Below are positions 10,741-19,809 of a stretch of 64,000 nt of DNA, piece by piece. The position numbers and the translations under genes are program-made. The notes beneath the pieces were generated by a model. The model saw only the letters and a list, made by a program, of their open reading frames with translations, was not told where the DNA came from and ran no database searches. Origin of the DNA: an uncultured Pseudomonadales bacterium. GTDB lineage: Bacteria; Pseudomonadota; Gammaproteobacteria; Pseudomonadales; Pseudohongiellaceae. Location: positions 224,881 through 288,880 of the forward strand of contig CAMYOK010000002.1 in the NCBI GenBank assembly GCA_947259995.1. The letters run 5' to 3'. Position 1 is the first letter of the stretch. The number at the start of each line of letters is the position of its first letter.

Positions 10741-11583
10741 ATGAGACGGTTCACTACTTTGCCAAAACACGCCTTTTTTGCAGCCCTTTCATTATTTCTG
10801 CTTATCGCCTGCTCGCAAGTGCCTCATCAGCCCATGCCAATGCTTAGCGCAAAGCAGACCCAATGGGTCGGCGAACGTATATTTGCCAACGAGTGTAACC
10901 TGAAAATACCGTGTTTAACCAGTTGGAACGCGGGGGAGGACTTTCCCTCTCTAGGGATTGGCCATTTCATATGGTATCGCGCAGGCCAACAAGAGGCATT
11001 TGTCGAAAGCTTTCCAGCCCTTCTGGCGTTCTACGATGCTCAAGGGGTAGCCCTTCCTGCTTGGCTCGATGCTTTACCCAATCGCGATGCTCCTTGGCAA
11101 AACAAGGCCCAATTTGAAGCCGAGTTTGACTCCGAAAGGCTTACAGAACTGCGCGAGTTCCTCTATCGGACGCGTGCTATCCAGGTGCAATTCATCATAA
11201 ATCGTATGCGCGATAGCCTGCCTAGCTTACTGGCCCACACCGCGCGTCCAGATCAAATCGAAGCCCTATTCTATGCGGTGGCCAATAGCGCCGCACCTCT
11301 TGGGATGTATGCCCTGATCGATTATGTGAACTTTAAGGGGGAAGGCACAGCGAGCTCAGAGCAATACAACGGGCAAGGATGGGGCTTACTGCAGGTCTTA
11401 GAGCACCTAGCATTAAATCGCCATGATGCTGCGCTTATGCCGCAATTCGCCCAATCGGCACGCTCGGTATTGGCACAAAGAGTCGCTAATGCGCCATTGC
11501 AACGCAATGAACAACGCTGGCTAGCAGGCTGGAACAATCGCACGGCGACCTACGAAACGCCTCCAACTCCTGATGATTTATAA
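10741..11583 (+). CDS. Hypothetical lipoprotein
   Basis: 280 aa with a signal peptide and lipobox (LLIACSQ). No family recognised. Confidence 0.55.
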   Translation: MRRFTTLPKHAFFAALSLFLLIACSQVPHQPMPMLSAKQTQWVGERIFANECNLKIPCLTSWNAGEDFPSLGIGHFIWYRAGQQEAFVESFPALLAFYDAQGVALPAWLDALPNRDAPWQNKAQFEAEFDSERLTELREFLYRTRAIQVQFIINRMRDSLPSLLAHTARPDQIEALFYAVANSAAPLGMYALIDYVNFKGEGTASSEQYNGQGWGLLQVLEHLALNRHDAALMPQFAQSARSVLAQRVANAPLQRNEQRWLAGWNNRTATYETPPTPDDL

Positions 11584-11691
11584 GGTTTTTTCGCGTTTTC
11601 ATTGATTTTTGTGCCTCATCGGCCGATATTTATAACACTCCCCATGTTGCTTGGATGCTGTTTTCTGGCGGACCCATTCTTTTAATAGGAA

Positions 11692-12252
11692 TTGTCGATG
11701 AGCCAAGCCAATGCAGAAACTAGCAGCCCAGCACCGGCGCTAGTAACCGTCGAAGGCCTTAGCGCTGTGGTTAAGAGCCAAAAGAAGTTGCTCTTTGTAA
11801 GCCTAGGTTTAGCAGTATTAGCCTTACTCGCCGCGGTCGCCGTGTTTGTTCTAGCGACAGCTAATAGCTCTGCGAATGAACCGGAGATAAACCCCAATGA
11901 CGCCACTATTAGACATCTAGAGTCACTGGTAGAACGAATCCTAGTGCAAATCGAAGAACGCGAGTCAGAGGCTGCGCAGACTTACTCTGAGCTGACAGAG
12001 CTTTCTCGGCAGGTCGGCCGTATCGATGTCAATGATGAACGCAATGCCGTCATTCGCCTACAACGCCTCGCTATCAAGCAAGAGCAGGACTTCCGGACCT
12101 TTCTCAGCACACTCGAGTCGGGCCTTTATAACTTCCACATGATGATCCCTCATTCGCGCGGCTGGTGGGACGAATACAAAGCAGACTTAGATGCAGCTCT
12201 CGAACTAAGCCAGGCGCGCGAAGAATACGCGACAACTCTGCGTGACAATTGA
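11692..12252 (+). CDS. Hypothetical single-pass membrane protein with a coiled-coil region
   Basis: 186 aa with a TM helix (LLFVSLGLAVLALLAAVAVFVLA) followed by a heptad-like charged region. Confidence 0.5.
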   Translation: MSMSQANAETSSPAPALVTVEGLSAVVKSQKKLLFVSLGLAVLALLAAVAVFVLATANSSANEPEINPNDATIRHLESLVERILVQIEERESEAAQTYSELTELSRQVGRIDVNDERNAVIRLQRLAIKQEQDFRTFLSTLESGLYNFHMMIPHSRGWWDEYKADLDAALELSQAREEYATTLRDN

Positions 12253-12336
12253 ATAAGCACGCATTAAGCAGTAATCTTGGCGACTCTCAAAAGCTGCAAC
12301 TTCGCTTCCACGTCATCCAGAGCACTGCCCTAATTT

Positions 12337-13440
12337 ATGAGCTACGAAAGACCCAACATCCAACGCATGACCGGATACAGTTCTGGTGAACAACCACAAC
12401 AAAGTAAGGTTATTAAACTCAACACCAATGAGAACCCCTACCCGGCGACTCCCGCTGTAGCCAAAGCCCTTGCCGACTTTAAAGTGGAAGATTTGCGCCG
12501 CTATCCACAACCTTTTGCCAATGGGTTTAGAGAAGTGGCCGCGCGATACCATGATGTCGAAGTCGACAATATTATTCCGACCAATGGCGGCGACGAACTC
12601 ATTCGTTTGCTGATCACCACGTTCGTCAACCCTGGACAAAGCATTGCCCTGGCAGAACCGAGCTACTCGTTGTACCCAGTATTGGCAGAAATTCAGGACT
12701 GCCCAATCAAGCGTATAGACCTCAATGATGATTGGACGATGAGTGCCCAATTTCCCACCCAACTCAATGCCACTGGGGCCAAGCTCGCCTTTATCGTTAA
12801 TCCTCACGCCCCGTCTGGCTTACTCTGCAGTGTCGACGATTTGCGCCGCGTGGCAAGCGCTTTTTCAGGAGTACTGGTCATTGATGAGGCGTATATCGAT
12901 TTTGTCGACCCCGATATCGCTCACAACAGCATGGCATTGATTAATGAATTTGATAATGTCGTCATTTTACGCACGATGAGCAAAGGCTACTCACTTGCTG
13001 GGCTGCGCTTTGCCTATGGCATAGGTCCCAAGAACCTTATTGCGCCAATGCTTTATAAAACCCGCGACAGCTACAACACCGATGCCCTATCGCAAGCCCT
13101 TGCTACCGCCGCATTAGCTGACCGTGCTGCGGCGGCCGTTGGCTGGCAGAAGGTACGCGAAGAGCGCAGCCGAATGGCTGACGCGCTGAGCAACCTAGGA
13201 TTTCAATGCGCACCGAGCCAAAGTAACTTTTTATTGGCACAAGTGCCGAGCGGTGATCCGCGTTTTGAGAACAGCGAGGTACTTGCGCGGGAATGCTACC
13301 AACGCCTTAAAGACGACGGCATTCTCGTCCGTTATTTCGACCTGCCGAGATTGCGCGACAAACTGCGAATCACAATTGGTACGGCTCAAGAGAACGCAGT
13401 GCTATTGCAACACCTTGAGTCTTACTTGCGTAAGAGTTAA
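12337..13440 (+). CDS. hisC: Histidinol-phosphate aminotransferase family (class II PLP aminotransferase)
   Basis: 367 aa. Has IKLNTNENPY, NPHAPSG, IDEAY and the PLP-lysine motif TMSKGYSLAGLRFAYG, typical of HisC. It could be a paralog. Confidence 0.7.
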   Translation: MSYERPNIQRMTGYSSGEQPQQSKVIKLNTNENPYPATPAVAKALADFKVEDLRRYPQPFANGFREVAARYHDVEVDNIIPTNGGDELIRLLITTFVNPGQSIALAEPSYSLYPVLAEIQDCPIKRIDLNDDWTMSAQFPTQLNATGAKLAFIVNPHAPSGLLCSVDDLRRVASAFSGVLVIDEAYIDFVDPDIAHNSMALINEFDNVVILRTMSKGYSLAGLRFAYGIGPKNLIAPMLYKTRDSYNTDALSQALATAALADRAAAAVGWQKVREERSRMADALSNLGFQCAPSQSNFLLAQVPSGDPRFENSEVLARECYQRLKDDGILVRYFDLPRLRDKLRITIGTAQENAVLLQHLESYLRKS

Positions 13441-13452
13441 CGAGGCCCCTGC

Positions 13453-13908
13453 ATGGCCAATGACATGGAAGACGATCTTTTCCCATTAGAATCTCGGCCA
13501 CACCCGTGCCCAGAGTGTCACAAGCCTATGCGCCGAATCATCGGCAAGAAGGGGCCATTTTGGGGATGCACGGCGTTCCCTGAGTGCAAAGCGACACTTT
13601 TTGATAAAGACGGCAAGCCTTCGCAGACACCCGATGAGCGCTTTCGCTGCCCCGTATGTACCCGCAGTTTAGTCAGGGCTGAAAACAGCCAGGGCGTTTA
13701 TTGGTACTGCTTAGGTTTCGACAAAGGTTGCAAGACACGCCTCAACGACGATAATGGTGTCCCCGCAAAGGCGTTTCGTTGCACATCATGCGGCCAACTG
13801 CTGAAACGGCGTAGCGGTAAGAATGGCTACTTCTGGGGGTGTTCCCAATACCCAGAGTGCCGTCACACTTGGCCTGACAAAGACGGAGAGCCCGTGTTTA
13901 AGAAATAG
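13453..13908 (+). CDS. Stand-alone topoisomerase-type C4 zinc-finger protein (three tandem fingers)
   Basis: 151 aa with three repeats of CPxC-x(11-14)-(F/Y)W(G/Y)C-x(4-5)-C, each followed by D(D/K)(D/N)G-x-P. This is the Topo IA C-terminal zinc-ribbon pattern (YrdD-like). Confidence 0.7.
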   Translation: MANDMEDDLFPLESRPHPCPECHKPMRRIIGKKGPFWGCTAFPECKATLFDKDGKPSQTPDERFRCPVCTRSLVRAENSQGVYWYCLGFDKGCKTRLNDDNGVPAKAFRCTSCGQLLKRRSGKNGYFWGCSQYPECRHTWPDKDGEPVFKK

Positions 13909-13930
13909 ACACGGCACCAAAGATACTATC

Positions 13931-14182
13931 GTGAAATTACCCCGCTTAAAAGTTCGAAAAAATACTCGCGCCATAATTGCAGGCTTAATGATTGCCATTG
14001 CCTCGCTTTGGGCTTTAGCGATGTCCTACGATGAAGCGCGCAACAATATGTTTAGCTTTTTCCTAAGCAGTGTTGTGTTGATTGTCATTATTGTGATGTG
14101 CGCCGTCGCTGTAGTGGCGGCGCTATACGGACTGAAACGTCTGATCAAGCTAGTTCGTCACAAAGACGAACAAAACGATTGA
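13931..14182 (+). CDS. Possible small membrane protein
   Basis: GTG at 13931 within track ORF 13823-14182. It encodes two hydrophobic helices (AIIAGLMIAIASLWALA and FFLSSVVLIVIIVMCAVAVVAAL). The upstream part of the track ORF overlaps the zinc-finger gene. Confidence 0.3.
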   Translation: MKLPRLKVRKNTRAIIAGLMIAIASLWALAMSYDEARNNMFSFFLSSVVLIVIIVMCAVAVVAALYGLKRLIKLVRHKDEQND

Positions 14183-14186
14183 GTTC

Positions 14187-14678
14187 TCACAAAGGAAGTA
14201 GTCTAGAGAGGATTAACGCATCTTCTTTATCGGTAGAGCCTGGATTCGCAGGGTAGTAATTTCTACGCTCCCCTACTTGCACAAATCCCATCGCCAAATA
14301 CAGCCTAATTGCGACTTTGTTTGAAGGACGCACCTCAAGAAAACACTCCTGTGCGCCTTTCTTCGCTCCTTTATCGAGCAAGTGCCGCAGCATTCGCCTG
14401 CCATACCCCATCTGCCGAAAGTCAGGGTGGACACAGATCGTAAGCACGTGCGCTTCGCCAGCACCTGCCGACAAAACGCCATGCGCGATGATTCGATCGC
14501 GACTGGCCAATACCCAGCACTCATACCCAGCGCGAAGGCAGTCTGAGAAAATTCGTTTTGACCACGGGTTTTGCAAAGAAAGATTTTCGCTCTGAACCAC
14601 CAAATCCAAGTCACTAGCACGCATTACTCTTGGAAAAACATTCAATGATGCAGAACCACTGCAAGAAGATAAATTCAT
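14187..14678 (-). CDS. rimI: Ribosomal-protein-alanine N-acetyltransferase RimI (GNAT)
   Basis: The GNAT core is HVLTICVHPDFRQMGYGRRMLRHLL...CFLEVRPSNKVAIRLYLAMGF. The true start may be the internal Met at 14624. Confidence 0.8.
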   Translation of the reverse strand: MNLSSCSGSASLNVFPRVMRASDLDLVVQSENLSLQNPWSKRIFSDCLRAGYECWVLASRDRIIAHGVLSAGAGEAHVLTICVHPDFRQMGYGRRMLRHLLDKGAKKGAQECFLEVRPSNKVAIRLYLAMGFVQVGERRNYYPANPGSTDKEDALILSRLLPL

Positions 14679-14692
14679 ACTATATTCGCCGT

Positions 14693-15607
14693 TTAAGCAC
14701 TGTGTTCTGTGCCATTCAATGATGCTTGTAACGGCTGGAGTGTCTTCCAGGTCGAGCCTTTCCGCTCTTTAATCGTCGCTGCCATAGCTGGGTCTTGCAC
14801 AGCTTCCATAGCACTTAGGCTATGGGTCATGATGACTCGCAAGTCTAAGCGGGGGTGTTGAAAAACAGCCTCTTTACCCTCCAAGAACCCTTCGGCAAAA
14901 AGCAGGGGCGCCGACTCTTGCGCCATTACTAATAAATTTTTAACAGGGCGCAGGCGAATTCGTTTAGAGACAAAGCCTTCGAGCGTTTTCCGGGCATTGT
15001 CGGCGTCTAATTCAAGCCCAGCACCTTCGAATAGGGGCCATGTAAATACCATTGGATGAAGGTGTTGGGTTTCTACCTGTATGCCTAAGGCTTTAAGTAT
15101 TCCTGAGAGTAAAATAAGGCTCGCAGGAGACAATGAGGCTGATTTCGACCAAGGCAGTTCTGAGATCACTGCGAGATGCTCACTCACAGGAATATAAGCA
15201 AATGCGAAACGTAAGGGTGTCGCCTGCTCTGTCTGCGCCTCGGCAGGGTCAGGTTCAGCGGGCGTTTCAATACGCTTGCCTGCGGCTGGGGCGGCACTAG
15301 CCACTGGCGGCTTGAGGCTGTCTGCAAGTGCTCGTGCTTTATCGGAAACCGTTTTTTCCACTTGTGCTGCAGGTTTGGTGACGAGCGCTGCAGCAGAGGC
15401 AGCAGGGTTCGGGTTCAAGAGTTTTAACACATCTTTCGCTGTCGCACCGGCCCCTGAGGCGCTCGCCTGTGGCGACACAGGAGCCCTCAAAACACTCGCA
15501 GCATAAGCACGAGATGGCTTTGCCCCAGGCAAAGGGCGCCGTGGGAAATAGGTTTGAATCCCCATTTCCTGCAAGTACAAGCCCTTCTGTGTGTCTGTGA
15601 GCGCCAT
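14693..15607 (-). CDS. holD: Putative DNA polymerase III psi subunit (long, Pseudomonas-type HolD) with an Ala/Pro-rich low-complexity insert
   Basis: The N-terminus LYLQEMGIQTYFPRRPLPGA resembles the E. coli HolD N-terminus (LQQLGITQWSLRRP, from memory). Its position immediately upstream of rimI matches the holD-rimI operon. The central ~110 aa are A/P/S-rich. I chose the start at Met12 (15607). Confidence 0.45.
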   Translation of the reverse strand: MALTDTQKGLYLQEMGIQTYFPRRPLPGAKPSRAYAASVLRAPVSPQASASGAGATAKDVLKLLNPNPAASAAALVTKPAAQVEKTVSDKARALADSLKPPVASAAPAAGKRIETPAEPDPAEAQTEQATPLRFAFAYIPVSEHLAVISELPWSKSASLSPASLILLSGILKALGIQVETQHLHPMVFTWPLFEGAGLELDADNARKTLEGFVSKRIRLRPVKNLLVMAQESAPLLFAEGFLEGKEAVFQHPRLDLRVIMTHSLSAMEAVQDPAMAATIKERKGSTWKTLQPLQASLNGTEHSA

Positions 15608-15745
15608 TGGCAAAACCCGATAAAGAATCAATACCCGCAATTATATGCCAAAGCCATAAGAAAGGCTTCAGCTGGCAGGCACTCCGATTGTAGAAAAGCA
15701 GTAAAAGTGCTTGAATCAACTCTTCTATAAAGCCAAGGGGGATTT

Positions 15746-16732
15746 ATGAAAGCGCTTGTATGCCATAGCTATGGCACCTCAGAGAACCTCGTTCTTGAGA
15801 ACGTTGATGACCTAATTGTAGAGCCTGGAAAAGTAGTGATCGATGTCTATGCCGCATCACTTAATTTTCCCGACACATTACAAATTCAAGGAAAGTATCA
15901 ATTCCAACCACCTATGCCATTTACCCCTGGCTCAGAAATCGGCGGCATCATCAGCGCTGTTGGAGCAGGGGTTGCAGGCTTGCAGGTGGGTGACCGTGTG
16001 ATGGCCACCCCGTCTATTGGCGGCATGGCCGAACAGGTACTGGCAGCCCCTAGCGCCGTTCGTAAAATACCCGACAACATGGATTTTAAGACGGCTGCAG
16101 GCTTCGCGATGGTCTACACCACTTCTTACCATGCACTTAAGCAACGCGCGCAGCTTAAGCCCGGCGAGACACTACTTGTGCTCGGCGCTAGCGGCGGGGT
16201 AGGCATGGCAGCCGTCGAATTAGGCAAACTCATGGGAGCGCGAGTGATCGCGGCGGCAAGTAGCAATGAGAAACTCGAGTTCGTAAAACACGCCGACCCT
16301 GACGAGTTACTCAACTATAGTGACGGCGAATTAAAAGAAAAGGTGAAGGCCTTAACCGATGAGAAAGGCGCAGACATTATCTATGACCCGGTGGGTGGCG
16401 ACTTGTTTGACCAAGCCACTCGTTGCATCAACTGGAATGGCCGCATATTGATCGTGGGCTTCACAAGCGGACGCATTCCCGAGTACAAAGCCAACCTCGC
16501 ACTACTCAAGGGTGCCTCCATGGTGGGAGTTTTTCTCGGGCGCTTTCGCAAGGAGGAACCAGCGTTATACGAGGAGAATTTTGCAGAGCTATTAGACTTT
16601 TATCGCAATGGCCGGTTGCGCCCCATTGTCACGCAGACTTTTGCCATGGAGGACTACGTTGCAGCGTTCAGTGTGTTCACGGAACGCCGTGTAATGGGCA
16701 AGGTTGTCTTGGAGATTCGCAAGGAAGCCTAA
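15746..16732 (+). CDS. NADPH:quinone oxidoreductase (medium-chain dehydrogenase/reductase, zeta-crystallin type)
   Basis: 328 aa. Has the GASGGVGMAAVELGK Rossmann motif and an N-terminal GroES-like fold (FPDTLQIQGKY, PFTPGSEIGG). Confidence 0.85.
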   Translation: MKALVCHSYGTSENLVLENVDDLIVEPGKVVIDVYAASLNFPDTLQIQGKYQFQPPMPFTPGSEIGGIISAVGAGVAGLQVGDRVMATPSIGGMAEQVLAAPSAVRKIPDNMDFKTAAGFAMVYTTSYHALKQRAQLKPGETLLVLGASGGVGMAAVELGKLMGARVIAAASSNEKLEFVKHADPDELLNYSDGELKEKVKALTDEKGADIIYDPVGGDLFDQATRCINWNGRILIVGFTSGRIPEYKANLALLKGASMVGVFLGRFRKEEPALYEENFAELLDFYRNGRLRPIVTQTFAMEDYVAAFSVFTERRVMGKVVLEIRKEA

Positions 16733-16733
16733 A

Positions 16734-17816
16734 CTACTGTGATGCCCTGCTTCGATAGATGGAGGGCGTCACACTATGCAGTTCTTTGAAGGCTTTGTTG
16801 AATGACGACAAAGACGCATAGCCTACATCCAGCGCGATAGTCGAAATGGCCACCTGCCCTTCTGCGGGATCTTGCAAACGCTTTGCTGCCTCTGCAATAC
16901 GATACTGATTCAGGTATTGATTAAAATTGCGGTAGTGCAGCTTCTGATTGATAAGCCTTCGCAGGCGGTACTCTTGCATCGACACTGCCGAGGCTAACAT
17001 CCCTATAGTAAATCCCGGCTGCGCATACAGTCGTTGCTCTTCCATAACATGGTGGATTCGATCGACCAAGGGCTTGTCTTTGTCTTTCTCGCCCATTCGG
17101 CTTTTCAGCGATGGCACAGTTTGCTCAGTATCGGGCTCAATCAATTGCGTGGAGTCTCTATGCAGACGGAACGTCGCTAGATTGAACAATAGTACGAGGA
17201 CGAAAATAGTCCCGATGAACACAATATTAAGTTGACTCCCAAGGGCTGCGAAATAGCCAGAACCAACAATGATCGCCACGATAGTCCCCATTGTGGCTGT
17301 GAAGGGAACACGAAACCTTCTGCGACTTTCAACTAGGTCACCACCGCGCCCTTTCACCGCCATAAGTACCACGTGGCAGGCGAACAACAACATGACCGTT
17401 TGCGTAGAAACGTAAATCAACCAAAAACCAATATCGGTGTAAGGGCCAGTAAAACTTCCATAGGCTCTAAGCCCTATATACCCACAAATAATGATCCAAA
17501 TCGGTTTATGTATCTTGGGATTGTCGACAAATAGGTAACGCGTGATGATCCACAGCACCGCCGGCGCACTAATGGCCATCATATTAAAGGGGAACTCAAC
17601 GATCCTAGGGGCTGCATTCACCTCAGGCAACAAAGAGACAATATAGGAGATTAGACATACTGCGTAGAAAGACATCAGCCTCCCCAAAAACAGGCGGCGA
17701 TAATAACTTATATAAAACAACGCCATTAACAGCAATTGAGAAATCGCTAGAAAGCTAGTGGCGTACTGAAACAACTGCATATCCGATTCACTTTTGATTG
17801 TTTTTTTAAGCGCCAA
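16734..17816 (-). CDS. AraC-family transcriptional regulator with an N-terminal polytopic membrane domain
   Basis: 360 aa. About 220 aa with six or seven hydrophobic helices are followed by a C-terminal AraC HTH (IALDVGYASLSSFNKAFKELHSVTPSIYR). Confidence 0.8.
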   Translation of the reverse strand: MALKKTIKSESDMQLFQYATSFLAISQLLLMALFYISYYRRLFLGRLMSFYAVCLISYIVSLLPEVNAAPRIVEFPFNMMAISAPAVLWIITRYLFVDNPKIHKPIWIIICGYIGLRAYGSFTGPYTDIGFWLIYVSTQTVMLLFACHVVLMAVKGRGGDLVESRRRFRVPFTATMGTIVAIIVGSGYFAALGSQLNIVFIGTIFVLVLLFNLATFRLHRDSTQLIEPDTEQTVPSLKSRMGEKDKDKPLVDRIHHVMEEQRLYAQPGFTIGMLASAVSMQEYRLRRLINQKLHYRNFNQYLNQYRIAEAAKRLQDPAEGQVAISTIALDVGYASLSSFNKAFKELHSVTPSIYRSRASQ

Positions 17817-17987
17817 GGAAGATAGAGGAGCTCCCCTTGCATTGCAAGCGATGTCGCGATTTGTACAGGCTAAATGCTCTTATAGCAAAGATTATCTAAC
17901 AGGGGAAACACATAGGAGGAAAACTCGATTTCAAGCGTGCATCCACGCCGATTCTTGCAATCGACGTGGATGCCATCGAGCCTCTAT

Positions 17988-18950
17988 TTAAGGGGCAACA
18001 TTAACCGTGACATATTGATCATGAAATAAGCCACCATCATCAGCGCGGGCCCAAAGTATATAGGTGCCCGGCTCGTCGAAAGTCACATCCACAGAATGCA
18101 TACCGTCTACTGGTATTGGTGGTGGTGTCCAAACAGGCCCCCAGGGGGAGTTAGCCGAATTGCGCGTATCTTCCCATGGTTTGATTTGCGGAGGATCAAA
18201 ACTGACACTGCCGTCTCCTCGATAGACATTCCACGACAGGAACAAACCATTGGTTTTTCCGACTGTAACTTGTCTAGGAGGCGTCAAGACTCGCGTCAGC
18301 ATTGCCTCTTCGCTGAAATCTGAAGCAGTACGCTCTCTAGGCTTAGGCAGACCGTCGTCGGCGACATGGGCTTGCAATGTTAATTTTTGCCCCACTCTGA
18401 TATTACGAACGATTTCATCACCCACTCGATCCCCTTGCACGGTGACGATTGGTGGCACATTCGAGCGGGATTCAGGACTACTTGTGCCAGCACCAAGCGA
18501 ACCAGTCTCGGAGGCGATAACGACATTATCTACAACATAGTCGCGCTCTAGCGTGGCATAGGCGACACGCGTAACGCCGTTGGCGGTCACTGTCCAGGCA
18601 AGTTCTTTATCGCCCCAATCCGCTGGGACTTGTACTTTAAAGGTAAAACGATTACGTCTTGGCAAAAAGTGTGTCGGCTGGCCCCGGTCTTCAAGGCCCG
18701 GTGAGAAGAAGTTGTTCTCTCCCACTGGAACATCGAGTTCTTCTTCCCAGTTTTCATTATGGTAACCAAAAATAAATGAAAAAGTGCCGTCTTCGTTCTC
18801 TTGCCAACCTTCGTAGGCGGGCTCGATATACTGCCCTTTCCGGTAACTATCCTGCGCCCAAGCATTGCCCAAGCTGACGCACAACAACGCCAAGGTTGTT
18901 ACGACCTTCAATAAACCACTGCGCGTGGACCAATATCCCACAGACTGCAT
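17988..18950 (-). CDS. Secreted hypothetical protein
   Basis: Signal peptide VVTTLALLCVSLGNAWAQD from the Met at 18950. The rest appears beta-rich. No family recognised. Confidence 0.55.
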   Translation of the reverse strand: MQSVGYWSTRSGLLKVVTTLALLCVSLGNAWAQDSYRKGQYIEPAYEGWQENEDGTFSFIFGYHNENWEEELDVPVGENNFFSPGLEDRGQPTHFLPRRNRFTFKVQVPADWGDKELAWTVTANGVTRVAYATLERDYVVDNVVIASETGSLGAGTSSPESRSNVPPIVTVQGDRVGDEIVRNIRVGQKLTLQAHVADDGLPKPRERTASDFSEEAMLTRVLTPPRQVTVGKTNGLFLSWNVYRGDGSVSFDPPQIKPWEDTRNSANSPWGPVWTPPPIPVDGMHSVDVTFDEPGTYILWARADDGGLFHDQYVTVNVAP

Positions 18951-19281
18951 CTTTGGACTCCCTGAGGCGTCATTACGCCTACCGTTTATAATTATTGTTA
19001 TAGCGCGATACATCTGAGCACTGGTGCGGCGCTGAGTCTCCCACGTGGCGGAATTTTTTAACGAAATTCGAACATTTGCGGCAGTTCACTATCCGTCAGG
19101 CCGTGAAATTCTAAAATCACTGATGGAAAACGCTATTGAACTGACGCATGAACATGAAAGCGATTTCTATCGCTGCACAAGTCTCGACATCTGTCTCGAG
19201 CTCGTCCATATTTCGCACTAGAAGCCGAACCGGCCATGAATGCACAGTAACCCGAAACTTGACGTTATGCGAAGTAAATCT

Positions 19282-19761
19282 ATGAAGACCATGCTCTTAC
19301 GAATGACCCTAGCTCTAACTTTATCTCTGGTCGGCATCCAGTACGTGCAAGCTCAGCACGTGATGACGATAAACAACAACAGTGATGTAGAGCTTGAATC
19401 TAGCCCCGAAGATGATGAAGTCTTAGAGTCCTCTCCCAAAGAGCTTATGATGCGTTTCAGCACCTATGTCCGGCTCGTCAAACTGACGATGACTGACCCA
19501 GAGGAGAACTTTGTCAATATAGGTTTCATCTATAACCCTGATGTTAGTCGCGTGTTCTTCTTAGATTTGCCAGAGCTGGAGCAAAAGCCTTACTACACTG
19601 TGGAATGGGCGGCCATCGACCCCGAAAATCTAGTCGCTCGTGGCACATTTAGGTTCTCATTTGGCCCAGACGCGGCGCCCGCCTCCACACTCTTGCCAGA
19701 GGAGGAGGAGTTGGTTCCCGTTATTGTTCCCGATTATCGTTTAATCGATCAGGGGTTTTAA
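19282..19761 (+). CDS. Secreted CopC/YobA-like beta-sandwich domain protein (tentative)
   Basis: The signal peptide ends AQA-QH. The pattern P.EL.MRFS..V.L.KLTM...LDLP.L...PYYTVEWAAID...ARGTFRFSFG follows the CopC strand layout, but the usual DGH residue is absent. Confidence 0.4.
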   Translation: MKTMLLRMTLALTLSLVGIQYVQAQHVMTINNNSDVELESSPEDDEVLESSPKELMMRFSTYVRLVKLTMTDPEENFVNIGFIYNPDVSRVFFLDLPELEQKPYYTVEWAAIDPENLVARGTFRFSFGPDAAPASTLLPEEEELVPVIVPDYRLIDQGF

Positions 19762-19809
19762 GCTTTTTAGCTCGCGTGGCGAGAGCCTAGGCTTTATTTA
19801 GAACAAGCA

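Noticed and set aside
12313-12807. 164 aa minus-strand ORF
   Set aside because: It is antisense to the HisC-family aminotransferase gene and has no motifs.
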